A stretch of 64,000 nt of DNA from an uncultured delta proteobacterium (GTDB taxonomy: Bacteria; Desulfobacterota; Zymogenia; Zymogenales; Zymogenaceae), in assembly GCA_963735595.1 (NCBI GenBank), contig CAVTLK010000003.1, forward strand, positions 32,001 to 96,000, read 5' to 3'. Shown here one piece after another: positions 41,479 through 51,711 of the stretch (position 1 is its first letter; every line of letters begins with the position of its first letter). Both the position numbers and the translations under genes were made by a program. The notes beneath the pieces are model-generated. The model searched no databases. It saw nothing but the letters and a program-made list of their open reading frames with translations, and had not been told where the DNA came from.

Positions 41479-42612
41479 ATGTTGGAGGTAGAAATGCTTG
41501 ACGATTATTTTAGGAAATCTATTCGAAAAGCAGTTAGCAACTGGAAAGGCCAAACTCGTAGGATTGTAAAATTCCTGATAGTAATTACTTCGATAGCAGC
41601 AATCTTTTTAGTCCTCGTTGCCCCTCTTCGGCTTGGTATACTCTTTTTACTAGGCGTGGCTCTAATTGTTATAGGGATTGGATCATTGTGGCTGTTACTT
41701 ACTAACATAACGCTTGAGCTAATAGGGGTTTTTGCAAGCAAGGGTAATACAAAACTATGGGTTGAACACGAGGAATTTATAAGTAGTATTGAGGCAAAGG
41801 AAAAAGGAAATATGAAATATGCCTATCTTACAGGTATCTTTCTATTCCTGTTAGTATTAGCCCTGATACTGGTCAATATGAAGTTCTTTGACAAGATTTT
41901 TGAAGCAATGGTCGTCTCGATTATGCCGATTGGTATTGGTATCATTGCTATCCAACATATGGTTCTTCTATACTCGAAGTATAAGGAATGTAATTCTTCG
42001 GAAGAAAGCAAGTATTTTTTATTCGGTGATGTAAGTATAAAGGCAAACACATATAAACTCGTGATGTATTCAATTTACATACCGCTCCTATTCTGCTCGG
42101 GACTTGCCTTGGTGCTGGTACTGGTTAAGATTATGTTCGGTTCAAAGGCGATACTCATTGCCACACCTGTGGTTTCAATGGTGAGAGATAGTATCCTGAA
42201 AAGCCTTATTTACGTAATTCCAATTCTAGGTTTGGCGACTACAATATTCCCTTTGCTTGTTGTTTATCAGCAGAAAAGCTTTTCGCTTTTCTTTATACCT
42301 GGATTACTGAGTTTCGTTGCCAGTGAGTCAGCTATAGCCTATTTTACTCGAGTTTTGAAAACAGAATACAGTGTACTGCTATTTCTAGTTCTTCTTATTA
42401 CCGGAGTTATGGTTAATCATCTTTTATTTCGAGATAAAGTAGTAGCAGATGTTGAGGATCTTGCAGTCAGGTTGAAGATCCCTTACAATGAAGAGTTTAA
42501 AAGGAGTATTAGCGCTTTAAAAGGATTACCAGCCTTAAAGGTTAGGGGAAAAAAACTGTACGTGGTAGAGGAAGTTAAAGAATACTTCCTTAAACATGAT
42601 ATTGTACTATAA
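41479..42612 (+). CDS. Paralogous multi-TM membrane protein with C-terminal HTH-like domain
   Basis: Shares KLW..H, YFLFGDV..K.N.Y and the LA..L...LP......K.....EEV...F tail with the upstream gene. Confidence 0.7.
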   Translation: MLEVEMLDDYFRKSIRKAVSNWKGQTRRIVKFLIVITSIAAIFLVLVAPLRLGILFLLGVALIVIGIGSLWLLLTNITLELIGVFASKGNTKLWVEHEEFISSIEAKEKGNMKYAYLTGIFLFLLVLALILVNMKFFDKIFEAMVVSIMPIGIGIIAIQHMVLLYSKYKECNSSEESKYFLFGDVSIKANTYKLVMYSIYIPLLFCSGLALVLVLVKIMFGSKAILIATPVVSMVRDSILKSLIYVIPILGLATTIFPLLVVYQQKSFSLFFIPGLLSFVASESAIAYFTRVLKTEYSVLLFLVLLITGVMVNHLLFRDKVVADVEDLAVRLKIPYNEEFKRSISALKGLPALKVRGKKLYVVEEVKEYFLKHDIVL

Positions 42613-42786
42613 AATTGGATAATAAAGCGGATAGGTAGCGTTAAACAAATAGGTGCTGGGGGGCATCACTCATGGTTTTCTCAATGTGATCCCACTCTTC
42701 CCCGTCCCCGTTGCCTTGCCCCATTTTTCCAACTCTGTTAGACTACGCATATCTCCTGATACTTTCATCGAAAGGAACACCACCCC

Positions 42787-43641
42787 ATGAAAGAAGACCA
42801 GCCCAGCGCCACCGCCCAGCACGTCGCCATGCAGCGGGCGGCGCATCAGCTGTTGGACGACCCCAAAGTCCTCGACGACCCCGTTGCGCTGGCGATCGTC
42901 GGCAAAGAGGCCGCCGCCCTCCTTGCGGCCGACCCGCGCCGGCTGGATGTATCGCCGGTATCGCCGTACCTCAGAGCCTTTTTAGTTGCGCGCAGCCGTC
43001 TTGCCGAGGACGAGCTTGCCGACGCCGTAGCCCGCGGCGTGCGGCAGTACGTCATACTGGGCGCGGGGCTCGATACCTTCGCCTACCGCAATCCCTATCC
43101 TCAGGGGACACTCTCCATCTACGAGGTCGACCACCCCAGCACGCAAATCTTCAAGCGCGCGCGGCTCGCCGAGGCCGGCATCGCGCTGCCGGACGGCCTC
43201 ACGTTCGTGCCGGTCAACTTTGAGACGCACGCGCTGACCGACGGGCTTGCCGCCACGCGGTGCGACTGGCGGGCGCCCGCCTTCTTTTCGTGGCTCGGGG
43301 TAACGCACTACCTCACGGCGGAGCTGGTCATGGCGGCGCTGGGCTTTGTCGCCACGTTTCCGGCAGGAAGCGGGATCGTCTTCGACTACACGATCGCCCC
43401 GTCGCTCATGACGCCGCTCCAGAAGAAGGCGCTGGACGCGATCGCGGGGCGGGCGGCGGCGGCCGGAGAGCCGTGGCTGGGGTTCTTTGACCCGGACGTA
43501 CTGGCCAAGGACCTCGGGGCGATGGGCTTCGGGGACGTCCGGGATATCGGGCCGGACGAGATCAACGCGCGATATTTCGCGGACCGCGCCGACGGGCTGA
43601 AGGTGGGGAGTATCTCCCGCGTGATGTGCGCCCGGGTCTGA
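42787..43641 (+). CDS. SAM-dependent methyltransferase (LCM / TIGR00027-like)
   Basis: QYVILGAGLDTFAYR, YEVDHP and WLGVTHYL. Confidence 0.92.
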   Translation: MKEDQPSATAQHVAMQRAAHQLLDDPKVLDDPVALAIVGKEAAALLAADPRRLDVSPVSPYLRAFLVARSRLAEDELADAVARGVRQYVILGAGLDTFAYRNPYPQGTLSIYEVDHPSTQIFKRARLAEAGIALPDGLTFVPVNFETHALTDGLAATRCDWRAPAFFSWLGVTHYLTAELVMAALGFVATFPAGSGIVFDYTIAPSLMTPLQKKALDAIAGRAAAAGEPWLGFFDPDVLAKDLGAMGFGDVRDIGPDEINARYFADRADGLKVGSISRVMCARV

Positions 43642-43674
43642 GGGGCGGGCAGGGGAGGAGAACCGACGGGCCCG

Positions 43675-44136
43675 TTAGGGGAATATCTTCTCTTCCGTCA
43701 CGTGGGGGTACTTCGTCTCGTAGTCGAGCAGGAGCGCGCCGATCGTCGAGATCATCGCCCGGTCCCCCTTGAGGCAGGCCAACCGGAAGGCGCGGCGGAG
43801 GTATTCGATGCTCGGCTTTGACCTGCCGACCAGGTAGTAGTAATACATCTCGTCCACGCCGTAGATAAGGGCCGTGTCGGCGTCGCGGATCGCGGCCCGG
43901 TATCGGCCCATCTCTATATACAGGAGCGCGCGGACCCGCAGGGCGGAGGCGTCGCGCGGGTTTTCGAGCAGGGCCGAGGTGTATTCGACCACGGCCTGCC
44001 GCACTGCCCCGCCGCCGCCCGCCGCCAACATTGACTGTCCGCGTAAGGCAAACGGGTATTGTCCGTCCGGGCCGTCCGGCGCTCCCGCGCCGACCAGTAT
44101 CAGCGAGCAAACGAGGATGGAAAACAACCGCGTCAC
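43675..44136 (-). CDS. Exported TPR-containing protein
   Basis: Signal-like N-terminus; AVVEYTSAL...ALLYIEMGRYRAAIRDADTAL. Confidence 0.6.
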   Translation of the reverse strand: MTRLFSILVCSLILVGAGAPDGPDGQYPFALRGQSMLAAGGGGAVRQAVVEYTSALLENPRDASALRVRALLYIEMGRYRAAIRDADTALIYGVDEMYYYYLVGRSKPSIEYLRRAFRLACLKGDRAMISTIGALLLDYETKYPHVTEEKIFP

Positions 44137-44292
44137 GCAGACCTCCCAAGGGCGTGGTTCCGGGCGGATCGGGGGTTAGCCCCCGCCGGGTATCGCCATA
44201 GTGATAGATAATCCAGCCGGGCGAAAAAGTCAAGGATTGATTTACGGGACGTACGGCGGGGACAGATCCCCGGCATGCGGGCGGGAAAAGTA

Positions 44293-44326
44293 AAAAAGCG
44301 GGATAGTCCGACGGACTATCCCGCTT
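44293..44326 (-). terminator. Intrinsic terminator ending the barrel array
   Basis: AAGCGGGATAGTCC-gac-GGACTATCCCGCTT, with a T-run on the minus strand. Confidence 0.8.
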
Positions 44327-44358
44327 GTGTGTATCAAACCCGAGAGGATCCGCGATCC

Positions 44359-45210
44359 CTAATTCTTGCTCATCGGCTCTAACTTGGGCTCGATGACCGG
44401 TGCGGGCGCGGGCGCGGGAGCTACCGGCTTCGCGCAGATGTCGAACATATAGCCGATGCCGCCTTCGATGCCCCAGCCGCCGCCGAAGTTCGTCCGGCCC
44501 TCGACGTTCAGGTAGAGCCGGTCGGTAATCTGGTGGTCGAGGCCGACGAACATGTAGACCGGGTCATCCATGTGGAAACTCGCATCCCATGCGTTAGCGG
44601 GGAGGCCCACCTGGGCCCAATCGGAGCTCGCCCGCAGCCAGGTATAGTCCACGCCGATATAGGGGGTCAGGCCGGTGTCGCCGATGTGCCAGCCGGCGTG
44701 CAGCTCCGGGGTCAAACGGTAGACGTTCATATAGACGTCAAATGACCTAAACCAGACACCTGCAATGTATTGATCCATTTCGAAGTCGCGTGAGAACGAA
44801 TGGGTAAAGAGGGCGCCGCCGCCGACGTAGAAACCGTTATCTGCCCGGAAGAACGTCGCTTTAACGCCGAGGCCCCACATGAACATCGGGACCCAGCCGT
44901 CCGTCTCTACATCGATTCCGGCAAAACTACTATCCATGGCGAGGCTCTGTCCGCCAACAAGCCCAACGAGATCTACGTTGTTTAAGATACCCCAGTTGAC
45001 CTGTGCGTAGTAGCTGTGGGTGTTGACGTCCCAATCCCTCCAACCACTCATGGAACGCTCGACCGTGTCCCAATCAGTAGCGGAGTACCCGTAGCGGAGC
45101 TGGGGCAGCAGCTTGCCGCCGCCGACGGTGTCGCTCCCCTCGCCGGCGAACGCCGTCAGCGAGAAAGCCAGCAGGAGAGAAAGGGCCAAGAGCAGTGATC
45201 TCTTGAACAT
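44359..45210 (-). CDS. Outer-membrane beta-barrel protein, array copy 1
   Basis: Signal peptide ending AFA, about 10 amphipathic strands, terminal strand GIGYMF and a Cys/Pro tail. Confidence 0.85.
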   Translation of the reverse strand: MFKRSLLLALSLLLAFSLTAFAGEGSDTVGGGKLLPQLRYGYSATDWDTVERSMSGWRDWDVNTHSYYAQVNWGILNNVDLVGLVGGQSLAMDSSFAGIDVETDGWVPMFMWGLGVKATFFRADNGFYVGGGALFTHSFSRDFEMDQYIAGVWFRSFDVYMNVYRLTPELHAGWHIGDTGLTPYIGVDYTWLRASSDWAQVGLPANAWDASFHMDDPVYMFVGLDHQITDRLYLNVEGRTNFGGGWGIEGGIGYMFDICAKPVAPAPAPAPVIEPKLEPMSKN

Positions 45211-45409
45211 AAGTACTTACCTCCCGTGAGTTATGGACATTGCTGCAATATTTTATGTTTATTATGCAAATATTGTCAAGCAGAAAATTAGAGCGCCCTA
45301 ATAGTCTTCTTTGAGGGACGTTAATCGGGTAACGGGGTTTTCAGGGGATAAAGAAGGGGACGATCCGCGGGACCGTCCCCTTTGTGCCCTTATGAAAAAT
45401 GCACAGGAC

Positions 45410-46258
45410 TTAGTTCTTGCTCATCGGCTCTAACTTGGGCTCGATGACCGGTGCGGGCGCGGGGGCGGGAGCTACCGGTTTCGCGCAGATATCGAACATA
45501 TAGCCGATGCCGCCTTCGATGCCCCAGCCGCCGCCGAAGTTCGTGCGGCCTTCCATGTTCAGGTAGAGCCTGTCGGTGATGTAGTGGTCGAGACCGACAA
45601 ACATGTAGACCGGGCTGTCGAGGTGATAGTCAATCTCCCCTTGGTTAGCCGGGTCGCCTATTTCGACCCACTCGGAGTTTGCCCTCAGCATCGTATAGTC
45701 CACGCCGATATAGGGGGTCAGGCCCGTGTCACCGATATGCCAGCCGGCATGAAGCTCGGGGGTTAACCGGTAGACGTTCAAATCGACGTCAAATACGTTA
45801 ATCAGGACACCTGCGGCAGTATATTGACCAACTTCGAAGTCGCGTGAGAACGTATGGGTAAAGAGGGCGCCGCCGCCGACATAGAACCCGTTATCGGCCC
45901 GGAAGAACGTCCCCTTGACACCCAACCCCCACATAAACATCGGCGTCCAGTCGGACTCGGCGTAAGCGCCAGGTCTGTCGGTTTCTATGAAAAGGCTCTG
46001 TCCTCCGACAATTCCGATGAGGTCTATGTTGTTAAGGATGCCCCAGTTGAGCTGGGCGTAGTAGCTGTGAGCGTCGAGGTCCCAATCCCTAACACTGGTA
46101 AAATCGGAGGCCGTCTCCCAGTCCGAAGCGGAGTACCCATAGCGGAGCTGGGGCAGGAGCTTACCGCCGCCGACGGTGTCGCTCCCCTCGCCGGCAAACG
46201 CCGAGAACGACCAAACCAGCAGGAACGATAGGGCCAGGAACAGTGATTTCTTGAGCAT
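45410..46258 (-). CDS. Outer-membrane beta-barrel protein, array copy 2
   Basis: Same architecture as copy 1; GGGAGG RBS before ATG at 46258. Confidence 0.85.
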   Translation of the reverse strand: MLKKSLFLALSFLLVWSFSAFAGEGSDTVGGGKLLPQLRYGYSASDWETASDFTSVRDWDLDAHSYYAQLNWGILNNIDLIGIVGGQSLFIETDRPGAYAESDWTPMFMWGLGVKGTFFRADNGFYVGGGALFTHTFSRDFEVGQYTAAGVLINVFDVDLNVYRLTPELHAGWHIGDTGLTPYIGVDYTMLRANSEWVEIGDPANQGEIDYHLDSPVYMFVGLDHYITDRLYLNMEGRTNFGGGWGIEGGIGYMFDICAKPVAPAPAPAPVIEPKLEPMSKN

Positions 46259-46447
46259 GGTCTTACCTCCCGTGAATAATGGACATAACTGCAATATTTT
46301 ATGTTTATTATGCAAGTATTGTCAAGCAAAAAAATTAGAGCACTTTAATGACTTCTGAGCCGGTACGTGCCCGTTTTCAGGACATAAAAAAAGGGGACGA
46401 TCCACGGGATCGTCCCCTTGTAATACACTAAGCGATATGTGCAGGAC

Positions 46448-47287
46448 TTAGTTCTTGCTCATCGGCTCCAGCTTGGGCTCGATGACCGGCGCGGGTGCGG
46501 GTGCGGGCGCTACCGGCTTTGCGCAGATATCGAACATATAGCCGATGCCGCCTTCGATGCCCCAGCCTTCATGGAAGTTCGTGCGGCCCTCGAAGTTCAA
46601 ATAGAGCCGGTCATTGATGTAGTGATCGAGACCGGCGAACATGAAGACCGGGTCGTTCATGCGGAGGTTAATGTCGCCAATACCGTCGATCTCGGCAACG
46701 GCCCTCGACGCGACGTAATCCACGCCGATGTAGGGGGTCAGGCCGGTGTCACCGATGTGCCAGCCGGCGTGTAGCTCGGGGACCAGCATATAGACGTCCA
46801 GCGTGGTATTATAGTCTCCTGCGAAGACACCGTTAAAGTATGTGTCTAGGTCAAAATCACCCGAGAATGAATGGGTAAAGAGTGCGCCGCCACCGACGTA
46901 GAACCCGTTATCTGCCCGGAAGAACGTCGCTTTAACGCCCAACCCCCACATGAACATCGGGACATCGCCCTCTGCTTCCCAGTAGTCGGGTCCGATCGTA
47001 TAATCGCTCTCCATGGTGAGGCTCCGCCCGCCGACAATCCCTATGAGGTCGACGTTGTTGAGGATACCCCAATTGAGCTGGGCGTAATAGGTGTGGGCGT
47101 TGATATCCCAGCACCGGAATCCGGCAACGTCGGCCGAGCTGGTCTTCCACTCCGTCCCGGAGTACCCGTAGCGGAGCTGGGGCAGCAGCTTGCCTCCCCC
47201 GACTGTGTCGCTCCCCTCGCCGGCGAACGACGCCAGCGAGAAAACCAGCAGGAGCGAAAGGGCCAAGAACAGAGATTTCTTGAACAT
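46448..47287 (-). CDS. Outer-membrane beta-barrel protein, array copy 3
   Basis: Same architecture; intact reading frame. Confidence 0.85.
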   Translation of the reverse strand: MFKKSLFLALSLLLVFSLASFAGEGSDTVGGGKLLPQLRYGYSGTEWKTSSADVAGFRCWDINAHTYYAQLNWGILNNVDLIGIVGGRSLTMESDYTIGPDYWEAEGDVPMFMWGLGVKATFFRADNGFYVGGGALFTHSFSGDFDLDTYFNGVFAGDYNTTLDVYMLVPELHAGWHIGDTGLTPYIGVDYVASRAVAEIDGIGDINLRMNDPVFMFAGLDHYINDRLYLNFEGRTNFHEGWGIEGGIGYMFDICAKPVAPAPAPAPVIEPKLEPMSKN

Positions 47288-47482
47288 TGTCTTACCTCCT
47301 CTGATCAATAAGCAAAGCTACTATATACTATATTCGAATAATGCGCTAAGTCAAGTTAAAATTAGAGCGCCCTAATAGATCGGTTATGTACTAATCTATG
47401 TACGTAGGGTGTTCGTCGGGACATAAAAAGGGGACGATCCATAAGACCGTCCCCTTATGTACATAAGAGATATGATCAGGTT

Positions 47483-48337
47483 TTAGTTCTTGCTCATCGG
47501 CTCTAACTTGGGCTCAATGACCGGTACGGGAGCGGGTGCGGGAGCTACAGGTTTCGCGCAGATATCAAACATATATCCGATGCCGCCTTCAATGCCCCAG
47601 CCGTCGTTGAAGTTCGTACGGCCCTCGAAGTTCAGGTAGAGCCGGTCGGTGACCTGGTGGTCCAGGCCGACGAACATGTAGACCGGGTCGTCCATGTGGT
47701 ACTTAATCTCGCCGGTGCCGGTGGTGAGCGGGAATGTCTGACGGTACTCAGACATAGCCTTTGACCAGGTATAATCCACGCCGATATAGGGGGTCAGGCC
47801 GGTATCGCCGATGTGCCAGCCGGCGTGGAGCTCCGGGATCAAACGGTAGATATCAGTCGTAACGTCCCATCCGACAGTTAAGACGCCCCCGGTATAGACA
47901 TCGACATCATAATTGTTTGAGAACGAGTGGGTGAAGAGGGCACCGCCGCCGACGTAGAGCCCGTTGTCGGCCCGGAAGAACGTCGCCTTGACGCCGATGC
48001 CCCACATGAACATCTCCGCCCAGCCGTCGGATTCAATCGTAGTTGCCCCGACGCTTGTCTCTGTCGAGAGGCTCCGTCCGCCGACGACCCCGATGAGGTC
48101 AACGTTGTTCAGGATGCCCCAGTTAAGCTGGGCGTAGTAGTCATGGGCGCTGAAATCCCAGTCAAAGTATGGAGTGGTGAAATTCGATTTCGTGTCCCAT
48201 TCCGTGACGGAATACCCGTAGCGGAGCTGGGGCAGCAGCTTGCCGCCGCCGACCGTGTCGCTCCCTTCGCCGGCAAAGGCCGAGAAAGAAACTAACAGCA
48301 GGAGCGAAAGGGCCAAGAACAGTGATTTCTTGAGCAT
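47483..48337 (-). CDS. Outer-membrane beta-barrel protein, array copy 4
   Basis: Same architecture; intact reading frame. Confidence 0.85.
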   Translation of the reverse strand: MLKKSLFLALSLLLLVSFSAFAGEGSDTVGGGKLLPQLRYGYSVTEWDTKSNFTTPYFDWDFSAHDYYAQLNWGILNNVDLIGVVGGRSLSTETSVGATTIESDGWAEMFMWGIGVKATFFRADNGLYVGGGALFTHSFSNNYDVDVYTGGVLTVGWDVTTDIYRLIPELHAGWHIGDTGLTPYIGVDYTWSKAMSEYRQTFPLTTGTGEIKYHMDDPVYMFVGLDHQVTDRLYLNFEGRTNFNDGWGIEGGIGYMFDICAKPVAPAPAPVPVIEPKLEPMSKN

Positions 48338-48533
48338 GATCTTACCTCCCGTGAATAAATAGCATGTTGGGTATATTCTACGTTTATACCGTAAGTATTG
48401 TCAACTAAATATTAGAGCGCCCTAATAGTCTTCTTTGAGGGACGTTAATCGGGTAACGGGGTTTTCCGGGGATAAAGAAGGGGACGACCCCACGGATCGT
48501 CCCCTTTGTGTCCTTATGTAAAATACTCAGGAC

Positions 48534-49384
48534 TTAGTTCTTGCTCATCGGCTCAAGCTTGGGCTCGATGACCGGTGCGGGAGCGGGTGCGGGAGCCACC
48601 GGCTTCGCGCAGATGTCGAACATATAGCCGATGCCGGTTTCTATGCCCCAACCGTCGACGAAGTTCGTCCGGCCTTCCACGTTGATGTAGATCTTATCCA
48701 TCAGGAAATAATCAACGCCGGCAAACATCATGAAGGGATTCTGCATTCGGTACTCGGTTTCTCCGTCACCCTCAACCTCGGTAAGCGCCCTTGACCAGGT
48801 ATAATCCGCGCCGATGTAGGGCGTCAGGCCGATCTTCTTGATGTTCCAGCCGACGTGGAGCTCGGGGGTCAGCCGGTAGACGGACCGCTCATATATGCTG
48901 GGAGACTCGCCCAAGAGCACGCCGTTAAAATAGAGCTTGAGGCTGTAATCGCGCGAGAACGAGTGGGTGAAGAGCGCGCCGCCGCCGATATAGAGGCCGT
49001 TTTCGGCTCGATAGAACGTCCCCTTGACGCCCAATCCCCACAGGAACATCGGTACCGTATCGGTCTTCATGCCCATGTTTAACAGGCCGGGAATGATATC
49101 GAAATCGCTCTCCGAAGAGACGCTCCGTCCGCCGACGAGCGGCGATAAGGTCGACGTTGTTAAGGATGCCCCAGTTGACCTGGGCGTAGTAGTTGTGCGC
49201 ATTGACGTCCCACTCGGTAAAGAGCGTCGCCTCGTTGGTTACCCAGTCGGTGGACGGAGTATCCATAGCGGAGCTGGGGCAGCAGCTTGCCGCCGCCGAC
49301 GGTGTCGCTCCCTTCGCCGGCAAATGCCGAGAACGAGATGACCAACAGGAGCGAAAGGGCCAGGAACAGTGATTTTTTAAGCAT
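48534..49384 (-). CDS. Outer-membrane beta-barrel protein, array copy 5 (frameshifted)
   Basis: Three overlapping ORF pieces reconstruct a full paralog. Confidence 0.8.
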
Positions 49385-49570
49385 GTTCTTTTCTCCCCAT
49401 AAATAATACAAAAAATTTCGTATATTCTATGTTTATTACGCAAGCAGTGTCAAGAAGAAACTTAAAAGTATTCTAATGACTCCTTAGCCGGTATGTGCCC
49501 ATTTTCAGGACAAAAAAGGGGACGATCCACGGGACCGTCCCCTTATGTACATAAGAGATATGATCAGGTT

Positions 49571-50423
49571 TTAGTTCTTGCTCATCGGCTCTAGCTTGGG
49601 CTCAATGACCGGTGCGGGAGCGGGTGCGGGAGCTACAGGCTTCGCGCAGAGGTCAAACATATAGCCGATGCCGCTCTCGATGCCCCAGCCGTCGTCAAAG
49701 TTGGTCCGGCCTTCAACGTTCAGGTAGAGCCTGTCGTTGATAAAGTGGTCGAGACCGACGAACACGTAGACCGGGTCGTCTAGGTGATAATCAACCTCGC
49801 CAGTTGGCTGGGTTGCCCACTGGTCCAATCGGTGTTCGCTCGCAGCCAGGTATAGTCCACGCCAATGTACGGGGTCAGACCGGTGTCGCCGATGTGCCAG
49901 CCGACGTGGAGCTCGGGGGTGAGGCGGTAAACGCTCATTTCGACGTCAAATTCGTTAATGAGCACGCCTGCGTTATCAAAGTGCTCAATAACGAGGTCGT
50001 TCCGAACGAATGGGTGAAGAGGGCGCCGCCGCCGACGTATAACCCGTTGTCGGCGCGGAAGAACGTCGCCCTAACGCCGAGGCCCCACATGAACATCGGC
50101 CCCCAGTCGGACTCAATGGATTCACCGTCGAAAGGCTCATCACTTTCCATCATGAGGCTTTGTCCGCCGACAAGCCCGACGAGTTCAACGTTCTCAAGGA
50201 CGCCCCAGTTGAGCTGGGCGTAGTAGCTGTGGGTGTTGACGTCCCAATCCCTGAAACCAGCTACATCAGCAGAGACCGTACGCCAATCCGAAACCGTATA
50301 CCCGTAGCGGAGCTGTGGCAAAAGCTTGCCGCCACCGACCGTGTCGCTCCCCTCGCCGGCAAACGCCGAGAACGAGACTACCAGCAGGAGCGAAAGGGCC
50401 AAGAACAAAGATTTCTTGAGCAT
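49571..50423 (-). CDS. Outer-membrane beta-barrel protein, array copy 6 (frameshifted)
   Basis: ORF pieces 49935-50423, 49780-49965 and 49571-49828. Confidence 0.8.
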
Positions 50424-50621
50424 AATTCTACCTCTTTTAATTGGTGGAGATAATAGTTATATCTTATGTTTATAATATAGCCAATGTCAAGTGAAAATTA
50501 GAATAGTCTAATAACTTCCCGTACCGGGCGATTAGCCGGTTGCCAGGCCTTTCCCGGGGATAAAAAAGGGGGCGATCTCTGGGATCGTCCCCTTGTAATA
50601 CCTGGGCGATATGTGCAGCGC

Positions 50622-51463
50622 TTAGTTCTTGCTCATCGGCTCTAACTTGGGCTCGATGACCGGCGCGGGGGCGGGTGCCGGAGCGGGCGCCGGTTTTGCG
50701 CAGATGTCAAACATATATCCGAAACCGGCTTCTACGCCCCAGCCGTCGACGAAGTTTGTACGGCCTTCCACGTTAAGGTAGAGCTTGTCGTTCAACAGGT
50801 AGTCGACGCCGACGAACATGAAGAACGGGTTCTCGAGGCGATTCACGATCTTGCCACCGCCTTCGATTTCGGCAACTGCCCTCGACCAGGTATAATCGAC
50901 GCCGAGGTACGGGGTCAGGCCGGTATCCTTGATATGCCAGCCGACATGAATTTCGGGGGTCAGCATATAGGCGCTCAGGGTGGCACGATACTCGGCGACG
51001 AGCACGCCGTCTTCGTAGTCTTGAGATCGAAATCGTTTGAGAACGAGTGAGTGAAGAGCACGCCGCCGCCGACGTATAATCCGTTGTCGGCCCGGAAGAA
51101 CGTCGCCTTGAAACCGAGTCCCCACAGAAACATCGGTACGGAACCGGCCTTGAACTCCTCAGAGAAACGATCCTAATAGTCACTCTCCGCGGAGACACTC
51201 CGTCCACCGACGATCGCAATGAGGTCAAGGTTGTTTAAAACGCCCCAGTTGAGCTGGGCATAGTAGTTATGGGCTGTGATGTCCCAGTCCTCGAAGTCCG
51301 TAGCGGCGCTCGAATGGGTCTCCCAGTCGGAGACGGAATACCCGTAGCGGAGCTGGGGTAGCAGCTTACCGCCGCCGACGGTGTCGCTTCCCTCGCCGGC
51401 GAACGCGGAAAGCGAGAAGACGAGCATCAGGGCGAGAGTTACCAGAAGTGATTTCCTGATCAT
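50622..51463 (-). CDS. Outer-membrane beta-barrel protein, array copy 7 (frameshifted)
   Basis: ORF pieces 51173-51463 and 50622-51125 with conserved termini. Confidence 0.8.
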
Positions 51464-51711
51464 AGTCGTTCCTTCCTGATGGTGGTTGAAGTTGATACTT
51501 TGAATATTGTATTTTAAGAATTGTACCCTGTCAAGGAGAAATTAGGCAATCTTAATAAAAGATCGGGATGCCTGACCGGCCGGCGCTTCGTTCATCCTTA
51601 TATCGGCAGGGAAATGGGGATGGCTGAACGCCGAAGGAGGTCAGTTACCCGATAGAAAAAACGGGACGATCCTATGATCCTCCCTGGGTATCTAAGCGAA
51701 AAAATCAGCTT

